This document shows positions 1-9,796 of a stretch of 21,089 bases of DNA, one piece after another; within the stretch, counting starts at the first letter, position 1; each line of letters starts with the position of its first letter. Origin of the DNA: Mesotaenium endlicherianum (Eukaryota). Under the pieces are notes generated by a model. The model was not told where the DNA came from, did not search any database, and saw nothing but the letters and a program-made list of their open reading frames with translations. Position numbers and translations under genes: made by a program. The DNA is taken from the NCBI GenBank assembly GCA_009602735.1, contig WELA01002166.1, forward strand, positions 105,891 through 126,979, given 5' to 3'.

Positions 1-89
1 TCCTCCTCCTCCTGCTGTTGCTGCTGCTGCTCCTGCTGCTTGAGCTGTCGCAGCATAGCTCCTGTTGTGACCTTATCTACTATTTTCAC
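1..89 (-). CDS. Possible partial exon of a minus-strand gene leaving the window to the left (Gln/Glu-rich)
   Basis: On the minus strand a branch-like GCTAAC (plus 102-107) and a CAG acceptor (plus 90-92) precede an open frame VKIVDKVTTGAMLRQLKQQEQQQQQQEEE that runs off the edge. No family recognised; could be just a CAG/GAG microsatellite. Confidence 0.3.
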   Translation of the reverse strand, partial: MKIVDKVTTGAMLRQLKQQEQQQQQQEEE

Positions 90-1940
90 CTGATCCAAGG
101 CGTTAGCGGCTAGTACAAAACCAGGCACTAATAATTTCTAGGGATGTTAGACCTATCAATACTCAAGAATGCAAAGGTGGCATTGAAGCTAGTAAAGACT
201 TGAGCTCTTTGCAATTGCCGAGGACCCTCGTCGGCTTCTACAGTGTCATACTTGATGTATTGAAGAACTCTCGTAAAACAGCCCACCAGTAGCTCGACAA
301 GGAGGACAGAGACTGGAGTTTACGGACAACATCTGTTCATTGTTCGAGCGTACACAGAAGGCCGTGGTACGTTGAGGTCATGACCTGGAGGTAAAGTTTT
401 GAATTGCTGTAGTATTAAGACCTCTCCGATTAAAGACCCTCTCGTCGCTAGATGCCTGTGCTGTCAGAGCGCACTTCATATGTTTCAGAGCATTGTTTCA
501 AAGTGAATTGGAGCGATGTGAAATTTCCATTCGACGATTCGTTTCTTCTCTTCAGCTTTCGTAAGAATGGCCGAACATACCCATGTCAGCGGTTAATCGT
601 CCTGCTGAGGGCAGCTCAGGAAGAGAAACTGAGACTGGGTATCAGTCATGACGAGGTAGAAGCAAGGCAATGCATCGTATGCATCAGTGCCGCCAATGGT
701 TGCCTGTTTGATCGTGGATCAGTCACATAGTGGTGAAATGTACCCAACCCTTAGACGCTGCATACGCAAAGTAGTGGGGATATAGAATTCGAAGGAAGGA
801 ATTAGTAGTCGAGTACAATCTCACGTCCGCGTGTTTCCATAGGGTGGGCATCTTAGTTTCGTTCGGGCTACTTAACACCCTTCCTGCTCTCACGTCCATT
901 GTATCTTTAATTCTGATGCTGTTTCCCCTGAGCCTTCGTGCTTGAGCAGGAGGAGAGCCCTCCTTCTGCTGGGTAAAAGCAGAGGCGTGAACGGGCTACT
1001 CAGGTGCAGTCTAACTTTTTAGCTGATACATTTCATGTTAGCGAGATGCGTGTAGTGTGTGTTAGCATGTCTCAGTTCAAGTATGAATTTAGAGTTTAAT
1101 TTCAATACAGTAGAATCAGCAACACGAACCGCGGGAATGTGTGGCTGCGGTACTTCTGTCGACAACTCTGCGGACTATTGTACGTAATAGGGAGGTGCAT
1201 GCACATGTGGGCACTCATCTATGTGTTACGCTTTCTTTTTTAGTAAGGCTCCCGCCTCTTGTCCAAGTCAGTGGAGCCTACTGCAAAATTCTAATTAATT
1301 CCTCTGTTTACCAAATCTTGTTCCTTCTATCTCGCATCGCAAGGGCCGTGGAGCAGGGCAGAAGGAGAGGGAATTTGCGGGATCATGAGCGTGAAGGTTT
1401 TTGGGCCGGGGTTTTACGACGTAAGGCAAGGGCCAGAAAGGGCCAGGGCCCAAGTGTGGGGTACAAAATTGAGGGTTTAAGCTTCTGTCTCTGAGGGTTT
1501 AAGAGCTGTACTCGTCTTTTCTCTTCTCTGCCCCGCGGAAAGGCTGCAGCGCCTTTTGCGAGGATGGCTAGATCCAAAAATGGCAAGTGGGGGGCAGGGT
1601 GTGGAAAGGGCGCAGTTCCTTTAGTGGTACTCTGCACCAACCCGTCCAACTCGGGGGCTTCAGTGTCAGGTTTCAGGGTTTAGGTTTTACGTTTGAGGGA
1701 CGTAGGGTGTCGGACGTAGGCTTTTAGATCCAGCTCTCTCAGTTCCTCAGCTCTTCTCAAAACATTCCTAGGCCCATCGTGGGTTTGAAAGAAAAGTTGT
1801 GTGCTGACTCACCAGCCACGAGCGGAAACACACACTACATGTGAGCATAAAAGCCTCAACGTTTGCTTGACGCACGCGCAAGTTCTCCCCCTCACTCGCG
1901 TGGCCTTCTCTCTTCCCCTCCTGCTTGAAAATCTTTGCAG

Positions 1941-2506
1941 GCGCCTCGCAGGCGTCTCTTCGGCCCCCTCTCCCTCCCCTCCCTCTTCCTCCTTTTCCTC
2001 CTCCCCTCTCCCCCGCGCGCCACATGGCACCTCTGCCAGTGCCGCCCTACCACCGCACGGCGTCCCTCAGGGCCGGCTGCCAGCTGGCGCCCATCAACTT
2101 GTGCCAGGTGTTGCCCGAGAGGTGATGCAAGGCCAGCCCGAGGTGGCAAGAGCACGACACTTCTCTGCGGAATCTCTCGCTGCGAGCCAGCAGCAGCAGC
2201 CTGAGGGGCAGGGGCAGCCCCCAGGTCAACCGGAGCTAGCCGGCCCGTCCGGGGGGAGTCAACCGGTTGACCTTGACTTCTCCAGTCAAGGCGCAGCGCT
2301 CTCAAGCAACGGCGGAGGCCTGACGCGAGAGAGCCCCGGACCGGAGGGCGGGGCGGGACTGGGACTCTTTGAGACGCTTGAAGAGATTGACGATGGAGCT
2401 GGCAAGTTGGGGGGAGAGGCGGGGGCGCGGGCGGGGGCTGCGGTCGGGGAGGCGCTGGCGGAGGCGGGGGCCTACTCTGAGCATTCCCTGGGGCCAACAG
2501 AATATG
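1941..2506 (+). CDS. PPR gene exon (targeting peptide and acidic linker)
   Basis: Acceptor tctttgcag|G at 1940/1941, donor G|GTGGGT at 2506/2507 (phase 1, matches next exon). Frame of ORF 1801..2571: RLAGVSSAPSPSPP...RARHFSAES...GPTEY. Confidence 0.7.
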
Positions 2507-5500
2507 GTGGGTGCTTCCGATGCTTGCCCCCTGGCCTTTCTTGCCTCCGCTTGCCACATGGCTGCTTCTGATTCTGCTCTTTGTCCTTCTTCTCCTTCTT
2601 CTCCTTCTTCTTCTCCTTCTTCTCCTTCTCGTTCTTGATCCCCATCTTCTTCCTCTCCTCCTCCTCCTCCTCCTCCGCCAGCCATCTTCTTCACCTTCTC
2701 CTCCTCCTCCTCCTCCTCCTCCTCCTATTTCTCCTACTCCTACTCTTCCTCCTCCTCCTCCTTTTTCTCCTCCTCTTTCCTCTCCTCCTTCCTCTCCTCC
2801 TTCTTCTGCTCCTTCCTTAAGGACCACATGCAACCGGCTCGCCCTTGGGCGTCGCGCCGCCTCCTTCCCTGAGGCACCTCCCTGCGATGATTGCTGCAGG
2901 TCTTGTTGCATGGCTACCGCACCTAAACCTCAACCCCTGAGTGCCTAACCCCAATCAATTCCCTCCCCGACCCTGAACCCCAAACCTACATCTTCAATCC
3001 CCCACCTATGCTGGACGCGTGCGCGCGTGCCTGCATGTCTGCGTGCGTGCGTGCGTGCGGGCAACTCGTGTGCGTGCAGAGACGCAGCAGGAGCTGTGGG
3101 CGCGCGTGCGCGTGCTCCCGGAGGTGCGCGCCGATGCGGCACGGGCCGTGCGCGCGTTCCAGGCGGAGCAGCCCGGGCGCCACGTCAGCAGGCGCACGCT
3201 GCTCACGCTCGTGCGCCGCCTCAAGCTCCGCCGCAAGTTCCAGCACGCCTTCCAGGTGCGCGCCACCTGTTGGTCATCTGCCGGTCCATCTGCCGGCGCC
3301 ACCTGTTGGGCCTAGGATTTCAAAACCCCGGCGTCAAGAGCCCCATACCCCAACAGTCCAATCGGGGGAAAGGAAAAAGTAAAGGGAAAAAGGGAGAGAG
3401 AGACCAGAAAGGTCTCCGGCCTGGCCCTGAATGCTCAGCCTGCTCAAGCTGTGCCCCCCGAGCCTGGGTCACCTGCGCCCCGTGGTCAAGCCGCAGCCGC
3501 GCAGCTGTTGTGGAACACGGAATTTGAAAACAAGACGGACTCTCGAGAGTATGGCCCTTGCAATGTCTGGCAGGGGGTGTCCTGAAACGCGCGCATGCAG
3601 GCAGCGAGTGACCGCGTGTGACTCTGCGGGGGGTGCAGCGTGCGCACGCGAGCCATGGAGTGGCAGCGTGACACCTGTTCGGTAGCAATCTGCACGTGCC
3701 GCGCACGAGCGGAGAGGCGGAGAGGGCCAGGCGGGTCTGAGGCACGTGTGTGCGCATCAAGCGCGTGTGCGAGCTAAGCTGGGCGTGCATGCTAGACTCG
3801 TGCATGCGGAGTCCACTCAACGAGCACGCCCGCGCGTGCGTGCATGCGTGCGCGTGTGCGCGTGTGTCCGCGTGTCTGCGCACGCATGTGCGCGTCCGCG
3901 TGTGTGTCCAGCAGGTGTGCGCGTCCGCGCGTGCGCGGGTGTATGTGTGTGTGTGTGTGTCTGCGTGCCTGCATGGGCGTAGCTGAGCCAGCACATCATA
4001 CAGGACCGTGTGTGTGTGTGTGTGTGCGTGTGCCCGCACGTGCGCAGCTGTGCCAGCACATCATACAGGACCCGGGCATGGGCCCCCCCAATGAGATGGA
4101 CTACAAGCAGCTCCTCGACTGCATGGCCCTCAGCAAGCGGGACCACCTGGCGCTCGAGACTTTTGCGTCCTTCCCCGCCGCTTTCCAGACCGACCAGGCA
4201 CGTGCCCCGCATCTCAGACCACGATCTATAAACCCTAATCATATCCCCTCCTATCCTCTCCTATCTCTCCTCTCCCCACTCCTACTCCCGTCACTTGTAT
4301 GCGAACCCCCCTCGGTCTTCGGGTGGGGCTTCCCTCCCCTCCGCCGCTTTCGGGACCGATCAGGCTCGACGTGAGAACGTGTGAACGTGTCTTTAAAGTG
4401 TCTCGAACCTGTCTCGATCGTGTCTCGAACCCCATTTTCTGTCTCAAGCTTTAACCCCTAGTCCTAATTCCTAAACCTGCGGCCCTCAAAAACCCCTTAC
4501 TCCTGAGCTCCCATCCTTCCCGGGCCATCCTGACGTGCTTGCGCTTTCCTAGCCTTCCGCCCAGACCCTAATCAACGCTTTGCTCTTCCTTGATTTCACT
4601 TCCTCACGGCTTCACTCTCTCTCGGCTTCACCCTTTCTCAAGTTTGCTTTTTCTCGACTGCACTCTTTTCGACGTCGCTTCCTCCTTTCTCGCGTCCAGA
4701 CCCCAACCAGGTGCGTACGTGGCCCCAAGGCTAACCCTAGCCTCAGTCAAAGCTTGAAACCTGACCCCCCCCCCGACCCCCCTNNNNNNNNNNNNNNNNN
4801 NNNNNNNNNNNNNNNNNNNNNNNNNNNNNNNNNNNNNNNNNNNNNNNNNNNNNNNNNNNNNNNNNNNNNNNNNNNNNNNNNNNNNNNNNNNNNNNNNNNN
4901 NNNNNNNNNNNNNNNNNNNNNNNNNNNNCCCCCCGCCCCCGCTTAGCTTTTGCCAGCCCTGCTTTCAGCGGCAAACCCTAATCCTTTGATGCTGCGCCAC
5001 AGTCAGGCACCCTCCAACGCAGGCGTCAGCTTTATTGAGGTCATTGTGTGCAGAGATTTTTGAAGGATTTGTTTTTGGAACTCCTGCCTCTCTCGCTTGC
5101 TCGCTCGCTCGCTCGCTCGCTCGCTCGCTCGTGCGGCCCTTGCGTGTGTTCGTCCCTTGGCGGCGAGGCATCCCCCTGCCCAAGCCCTTAGAGCTGTTCA
5201 ATCAGGAGCCTTGCTTCTGCGACACGACACCCGTGGCGCCGCCAGCTGTGTCACTGTTCAGCACGCACGCCGCTGCTCGTTTTGCTCTTTCTCGCTAGCA
5301 GGCTGATGTGGCTGCTTGTGGCGCTGCCGGCTGAGTCATCAAGCACGCCGCTGGTGACTCTGCACTCCCTCCGCTGACAAGCCTCCCCCTCTCTCACGCC
5401 TCAGATTCCAAATCCCAACTCTAACTTTAATCCTAACCTAAATCCGATTTCAACCCTAGCCCTAATTCAACCCTGATTCCAGTCCTATAAATAGCCCCAA

Positions 5501-8500
5501 TCTGCCGCCACCTAGCTAGCTCGCTGGCATCGACACCCCGCAAGGTTTATACTGACGGCTGCCGATGTGGCGGCGCGGGGGGGGACCTGCCAGGTGTTCA
5601 GCGGGACGGTCATTGAGCTTGCCAGGCGGGGCAAGGTGAACCGCGTGGAGGCAAAGTACAGGTGGCTGCGCGAGTACGGCCGCGTGCCCATCACCTCGTG
5701 CACGTTCAACACCCGCATGCACGCGCTTGGGCAGCGCGGGCTGCTGCGCGAGCTGGATGGCGTGCTCGCCGAGATGGTCGCCCAGGTACTGCCCCTCTCC
5801 GTGCTGCGGCTGCCGCTGCCGCTGCCGCTGTTTGGTTCCTGTGGGTTACTTTTGTGCGCAGAGAGTAGGCTCCTACGGGGCCTGGAGTTTAGGGTTGGGC
5901 TTTAAGAAGCGGGGTTGGCGGGATGCTGCGGGAGCTGCAAGGCGTGCCGCGAGGAGATGCTTGCGGCGGCGAGCGATCTCTCTTCTGGCAGGCCGCTGCT
6001 GCAGCTGTGCGCGTCCTGTGCGTCTTCTTGTGGGGCTCATCTGCGCCTAAGGGTCAGGGTTTCACGGGCCTTGGGGTGTGTGTAAGGCACTCGAGAGTGC
6101 GGTCAGCGGAAATCCGCAAGAGTTGGAAGGCTTTCAGGAGGAGATGCACGCACAGAAGGCCTCCAGGCCCGCCGCTCTCGCCGCTGCTGCTGCCGCTGCT
6201 GCCACCGCTGCTGCTGCCGCTGCTGCCACCACTGCTGCTGCCGCTGCTGCTGCCGCTGCTGCCCCTGCCGCCGCTGCTGCTGCTGCCGCTGCCGCCCCTG
6301 CTTCTGCTGTGCGGGGTCCTTGGGCCAGGGGTTAGGTTTAGGATCTGGGGTTTGGGATGGGAGAGCAGCAAAACCAAGGCTGAGCTTGCTGACACGCGCG
6401 TACCTCTCTGTCTGTCTGTCTGTCTGTCTGTCTGCGTGTGGGGGACACAGGGCATAGAGCCGGACCTGCTGACGTACAGGGTGCTCCTGTCAGCGTACGG
6501 CAGGGCCGGCCAGCTGGCGGCCATGGAGGACAGGTGGCGTGAGTGCGAGGCCCGGGGCTTCCAGCTGGACGAGATAGCCTACAACATCATCGCGGACAGC
6601 TACTTTCGGGCGGGACAGGTGGCGCGCGCAGAGGAGGCCTACGAGAAGCAGCTGCGGGTTGGGGTCACGCCACGTGGCAAGACGCACACGACGCGCCTGT
6701 GGGCATACGCTGAGCTCGGGGACATTGAGAAGCTGGAGGAGGTGTGGAGGGAGTGCTCCGTGTCGTCTGTCAGGTGGGCGATGATGCCTCGGCGCACCTT
6801 GCTTGCTCACCGCATCCATTGCTGGTAGATCCATTGTTGGGGTGCGCATAATACATCTATTATCTATAAATACTATATATGTATTTTTAATTATTAATTG
6901 TGTGTGGTTGTGTGCGTACGTGTTTGTGTGCTGACCCTGTGTATAGATGCTATACTTGGTACGTGCAAATACGCGCACGTATGTGGTATGTATGGGGTTG
7001 CAGTGACTAGATCCTTGCGCAGGCGGCCACGTGCTGACACCTGGCAGGTCCCGGCAGCCTTTCAGCCCAACAGTGGTACGTCTGTTTTGCGAGAGAGAAG
7101 GAAAACAAACAAGGGGGTTTCAGGCAATCAACACCAGGGACTACGGGCGTAGGGCTTGCGGGGCAAACGGCTGCGGCTGGCGCACCTTCCTCTCCCTCTC
7201 CCTCTCCCTCTCTCGCTCTCTCTTTTTCTCATTACAAAGAGCACAAGGAACACGTGTCGCGTCGTTCCAAGAGTCGATCTCTAGGTAGAGATTCTGAGCA
7301 TTCTCTCCCCTCCCTCCCTCCCTCCCTCCCTCCCTCCCTGACTTCCTATCGGGAACATAACAAGTGAGAAACGAGCGCACAAAGAAAAATGTGCGAGGTT
7401 GGCGGGGGTCCCGCGGGTCCTCCTGCACCTGGCGCCAGGATTTGATGTTGGAGACTCTCATCGGCTGTCGCGACGAGGGGTGAGGGGGGTTGAGGGGGCG
7501 AGAGTGTGTGCAGAAACGGCTGGCTGGCGCTGGCTCGCGTTCATGGGTACGGCAAAGTGGGCCGCGTCGACGAAGCTGAGAAGGTGCTTTCCCCCTCCCT
7601 CCCTTCCTACCTCCCTTGCTCCCTCGCTGGCTCCCTTCCTCCTGGCCTCCCCCCCTCCCACGCTCTCTCCCTCCCTCCCTCGCTCCCTTCCTCCCTCGCT
7701 CCCTCGCCCCCAGCTGTGAACACCTGGGCGCTGCCAGATGGCTCGCCCATTGCCTCGAGCTCCAGCACTTCCGCTCTTACGGTGCCTGTCACTCCATCGA
7801 CAGATTCTTCTCGATCAGCGGCGAGCCCGTAGGTCACATCCGCAGCCACTTCTCCTGCCAGCCGTCGCAAGCTATGGCAGTGGTTGGGTTGCATCCGTAT
7901 CTCGAAGTTCCTGTCTGGGGTAACCTCGACTTCTTCACCAGCTTCCTCTTCATCAGAAAGGGCCGTCTGGAGCCACCCCAAGTTGGTTCCTACTCTTCCT
8001 TTCCTCTTTCCCTCTCCCTCTCCCTCTCCCTCTTCCCATCTCTCTCCCCTCATCTCGCATGCCTCCTCCCAACGCGTGTTGGTAGAGCTCACTTGGCCCG
8101 GGCGCTGCCGTTGTCGCCGGCATGTTTCTGTGTCCTGTTTTGATATGTATGCTTAGTCTCCATACTCGGCACCCCCCACCTGGAGCGTCCCCTTCATGGA
8201 CCTCGCACCGAGGCTGCACATGGAGGGGCTGCACACACAGGGGCTGCATTTCACACGCAGGGATGCTTTTCCGCTGGCTCCCGTGCGCACATCTCATGCT
8301 CTATACAACGGCCCTGCTTGTCCGGGCTCTGCCATTGCTCTTCCCTCACCCCAGTAGACTAGAGCCGCTCACGATGGCCGCTGCTGCTTGCGAAGGCCGC
8401 CGCTTGTGGAGGCTGCCACTTGCCACTTGCAAAGGGAATGCCGTATAAGATCAGGCCCCAGGGTAGCGGTGTGAGAAAATGCTCGAGAGCCGCGTGGTGT

Positions 8501-9796
8501 GACGTGGCTCGTGCCGTTTCTTCTTCTTCGTCTTCTTTTTGTTCTCTCTGCCTCGCTCTCCCTCCCTCCCTCTCCCTCCCTCCCTCTCCCTCTCCCTCTC
8601 TCCCTCTCCTTCTCCCTCTCCCTCTCCCTCTCCCTCTTTCCCTCCATCGCTCCCTCCCTCGCTCCCTCCCTGCCTCCCTCCCTCCCTCCCCCCCTCCCTC
8701 CCTCGCTNNNNNNNNNNNNNNNNNNNNNNNNNNNNNNNNNNNNNNNNNNNNNNNNNNNNNNCCCCCTCCCTCCCTCGTCTCCCGTCGCCCCCAGATTTTC
8801 CGCGACATGGAGGCGCGCGGGCTGCTGCCCGTGACAGCCTCGTACAACGTGCTGCTGGAGGCCTACTGTCGCAACGGCCTGGCAGAGAAGGCCGACGCGC
8901 TGCTGAGAGAGATGGACGGCAACCGCATGCGCCGCAACTCCAAGACCCACAGCACGCTCATGCGCGCCTGGCTGAGCCTTGGGGACGAGGCGCGCCTCTT
9001 CAGGGACCTCGAGGTGGCGGGCAGGCAGGGCCCCGGCGCGCGCCCGACGGTCCCCACGGTGCTGAGCGTGGCCCAGCACTTTGCGGAGGCGGGTCGGCCC
9101 GAGGCCGTCGACAGGGCCCTCCGCGCCGTCGCACGGATGGGCATCATCTCGGGCCGGGCGTCCTTTGCGCGCATCGTGGCGCATGTGAACGCGGCCGCGG
9201 ACCGGGGGTTGGCGGGCGTGGCCCGCGTGAGGAGGAGGCGGGGGGAGGGGGAGGAGGAGGAGGAGGCGGGGCGGCCACAACAGGAGTCCTCGTGGCAGCC
9301 GTGGCGGTGGGAGGCAGAGGCCTCTGCCACCGCTGCCGCCGCCGCCAATAACAGCACTCTGGCGGCGGGACAGCTGGCACGTTCTGCGGACCTCGAGACG
9401 GAGGGGGGGCCAGGGGGGCCAGCGGCCGAGAGGCCTGGAAGCGGCGATGTGCCAGCGGGGGACGGGAGTGTTGCTGACGACGGCGTGAATGGGCGGCGGC
9501 TGGGCTTGAAGGAGAGCGCGACGATTAGCGTGTCGGGAGAGCAGGAGAAGGGTGAAGCTGAGGAGAAGGGGAGGGCGGCGCTAAGGGAGGGAGCGAGTGA
9601 TGGGGGGGAGGAGCTCGCGGCTTTGGAGCAAAAGATTGTGGGGATCCTGGTGCAAATGAAGCTGGCAAACTTGTACAAGGAGGCTTCAGTCTCCCCGTTC
9701 CTGTCTGCCATCGGATTCTCGCGCCTGTTGCCGAAGAGGGCCAGTCGCCCCCCGCCTGAGGAGACCGAGGATGCTGCTGCTGTGGAGAGCTCTTAG
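1941..9796 (+). CDS. P-class pentatricopeptide repeat (PPR) protein, multi-exon, probably mitochondrial (~830 aa; start exon uncertain)
   Basis: Exons 1941-2506, 3080-3255, 4048-4197, 5594-5785, 6451-6773, 7514-7583, 8795-9796 join in frame (intron phases 1,0,0,0,2,0). About 10 ~35-aa PPR motifs (e.g. LTYRVLLSAYGRAGQLAAMEDRWRECEARGFQLD, IAYNIIADSYFRAGQVARAEEAY, ASYNVLLEAYCRNGLAEKADALLREM). Ser/Pro/Ala/Arg-rich N-terminus with RARHFS presequence-like motif. No E/DYW domain. Confidence 0.9.
2580..2817. repeat. Intronic (CTT)/(CCT) trinucleotide polypyrimidine tract
   Basis: Runs of ttc/ctc/cct; source of spurious poly-L/poly-R/poly-S ORFs. Confidence 0.9.
3080..3255 (+). CDS. PPR gene exon (pre-repeat helical region)
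   Basis: gtgcag|AG...TTCCAG|gtgcgc; encodes TQQELWARVRVLPEV...RRTLLTLVRRLKLRRKFQHAFQ, resembling the 'L+++LRK.++..HALQ' segment preceding the repeats in a group of plant P-class PPRs. Confidence 0.85.
3742..4047. repeat. Intronic alternating purine-pyrimidine (GT/GC)n tract
   Basis: gcgtgcgtgcatgcgtgcgcgtgtg..., ending at the 4047 acceptor. Confidence 0.85.
4048..4197 (+). CDS. PPR gene exon ending at a GC donor
   Basis: gcgcag|CTG...GACCAG|gcacgt; encodes LCQHIIQDPGMGPPNEMDYKQLLDCMALSKRDHLALETFASFPAAFQTDQ (first PPR-like motif). Confidence 0.8.
5088..5131. repeat. (GCTC)n tetranucleotide microsatellite
   Basis: tcgctcgctcgctc... seen directly. Confidence 0.9.
5594..5785 (+). CDS. PPR gene exon
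   Basis: Branch-like ACTGAC 5551-5556, ctgccag|GTG...GCCCAG|gtactg; encodes VFSGTVIELARRGKVNRVEAKYRWLREYG...TFNTRMHALGQRGLLRELDGVLAEMVAQ. Confidence 0.88.
6170..6310. repeat. Intronic (CCG/CTG) trinucleotide-derived repeat, ~12-bp unit CCGCTGCTGCTG
   Basis: Seen directly; lies upstream of the 6450 acceptor so is not coding in the spliced model. Confidence 0.9.
6451..6773 (+). CDS. PPR gene exon (three repeats)
   Basis: acacag|GGC...GTCAG|gtgggc; encodes GIEPDLLTYRVLLSAYGRAG...THTTRLWAYAELGDIEKLEEVWRECSVSSV. Confidence 0.92.
7514..7583 (+). CDS. PPR gene short exon
   Basis: gtgcag|A...GAGAAG|gtgctt, phase 2 in and phase 0 out as required; encodes NGWLALARVHGYGKVGRVDEAEK, continuing into IFRDMEARG. 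Confidence 0.88.
8795..9796 (+). CDS. PPR gene terminal exon
   Basis: cccccag|ATT; IFRDMEARGLLPVTASYNVLLEAYCRNG..., then a low-complexity acidic tail; TAG at 9794-9796. Confidence 0.92.
   Translation: MFRDMEARGLLPVTASYNVLLEAYCRNGLAEKADALLREMDGNRMRRNSKTHSTLMRAWLSLGDEARLFRDLEVAGRQGPGARPTVPTVLSVAQHFAEAGRPEAVDRALRAVARMGIISGRASFARIVAHVNAAADRGLAGVARVRRRRGEGEEEEEAGRPQQESSWQPWRWEAEASATAAAAANNSTLAAGQLARSADLETEGGPGGPAAERPGSGDVPAGDGSVADDGVNGRRLGLKESATISVSGEQEKGEAEEKGRAALREGASDGGEELAALEQKIVGILVQMKLANLYKEASVSPFLSAIGFSRLLPKRASRPPPEETEDAAAVESS

Noticed and set aside
1385..1669. ATG 1385 (donor 1421) or ATG 1564 (donor 1670) as the PPR first coding exon
   Set aside because: Phases 0 and 1 do not match the phase-2 entry needed at 1941; they could still be non-coding exons.
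1892..2948. Long ORFs with poly-R, poly-L, poly-P or poly-E (e.g. 1892..2911 -, 2511..2948 +)
   Set aside because: Products of the CTT/CCT intronic repeat and antisense shadow of the PPR exon; no domain.
3320..4242. His/Thr/Arg- and Cys/Val-rich ORFs (also 16977-17671 and 18812-19642)
   Set aside because: Translations of (GT/GC)n tracts, which lack stop codons by composition.
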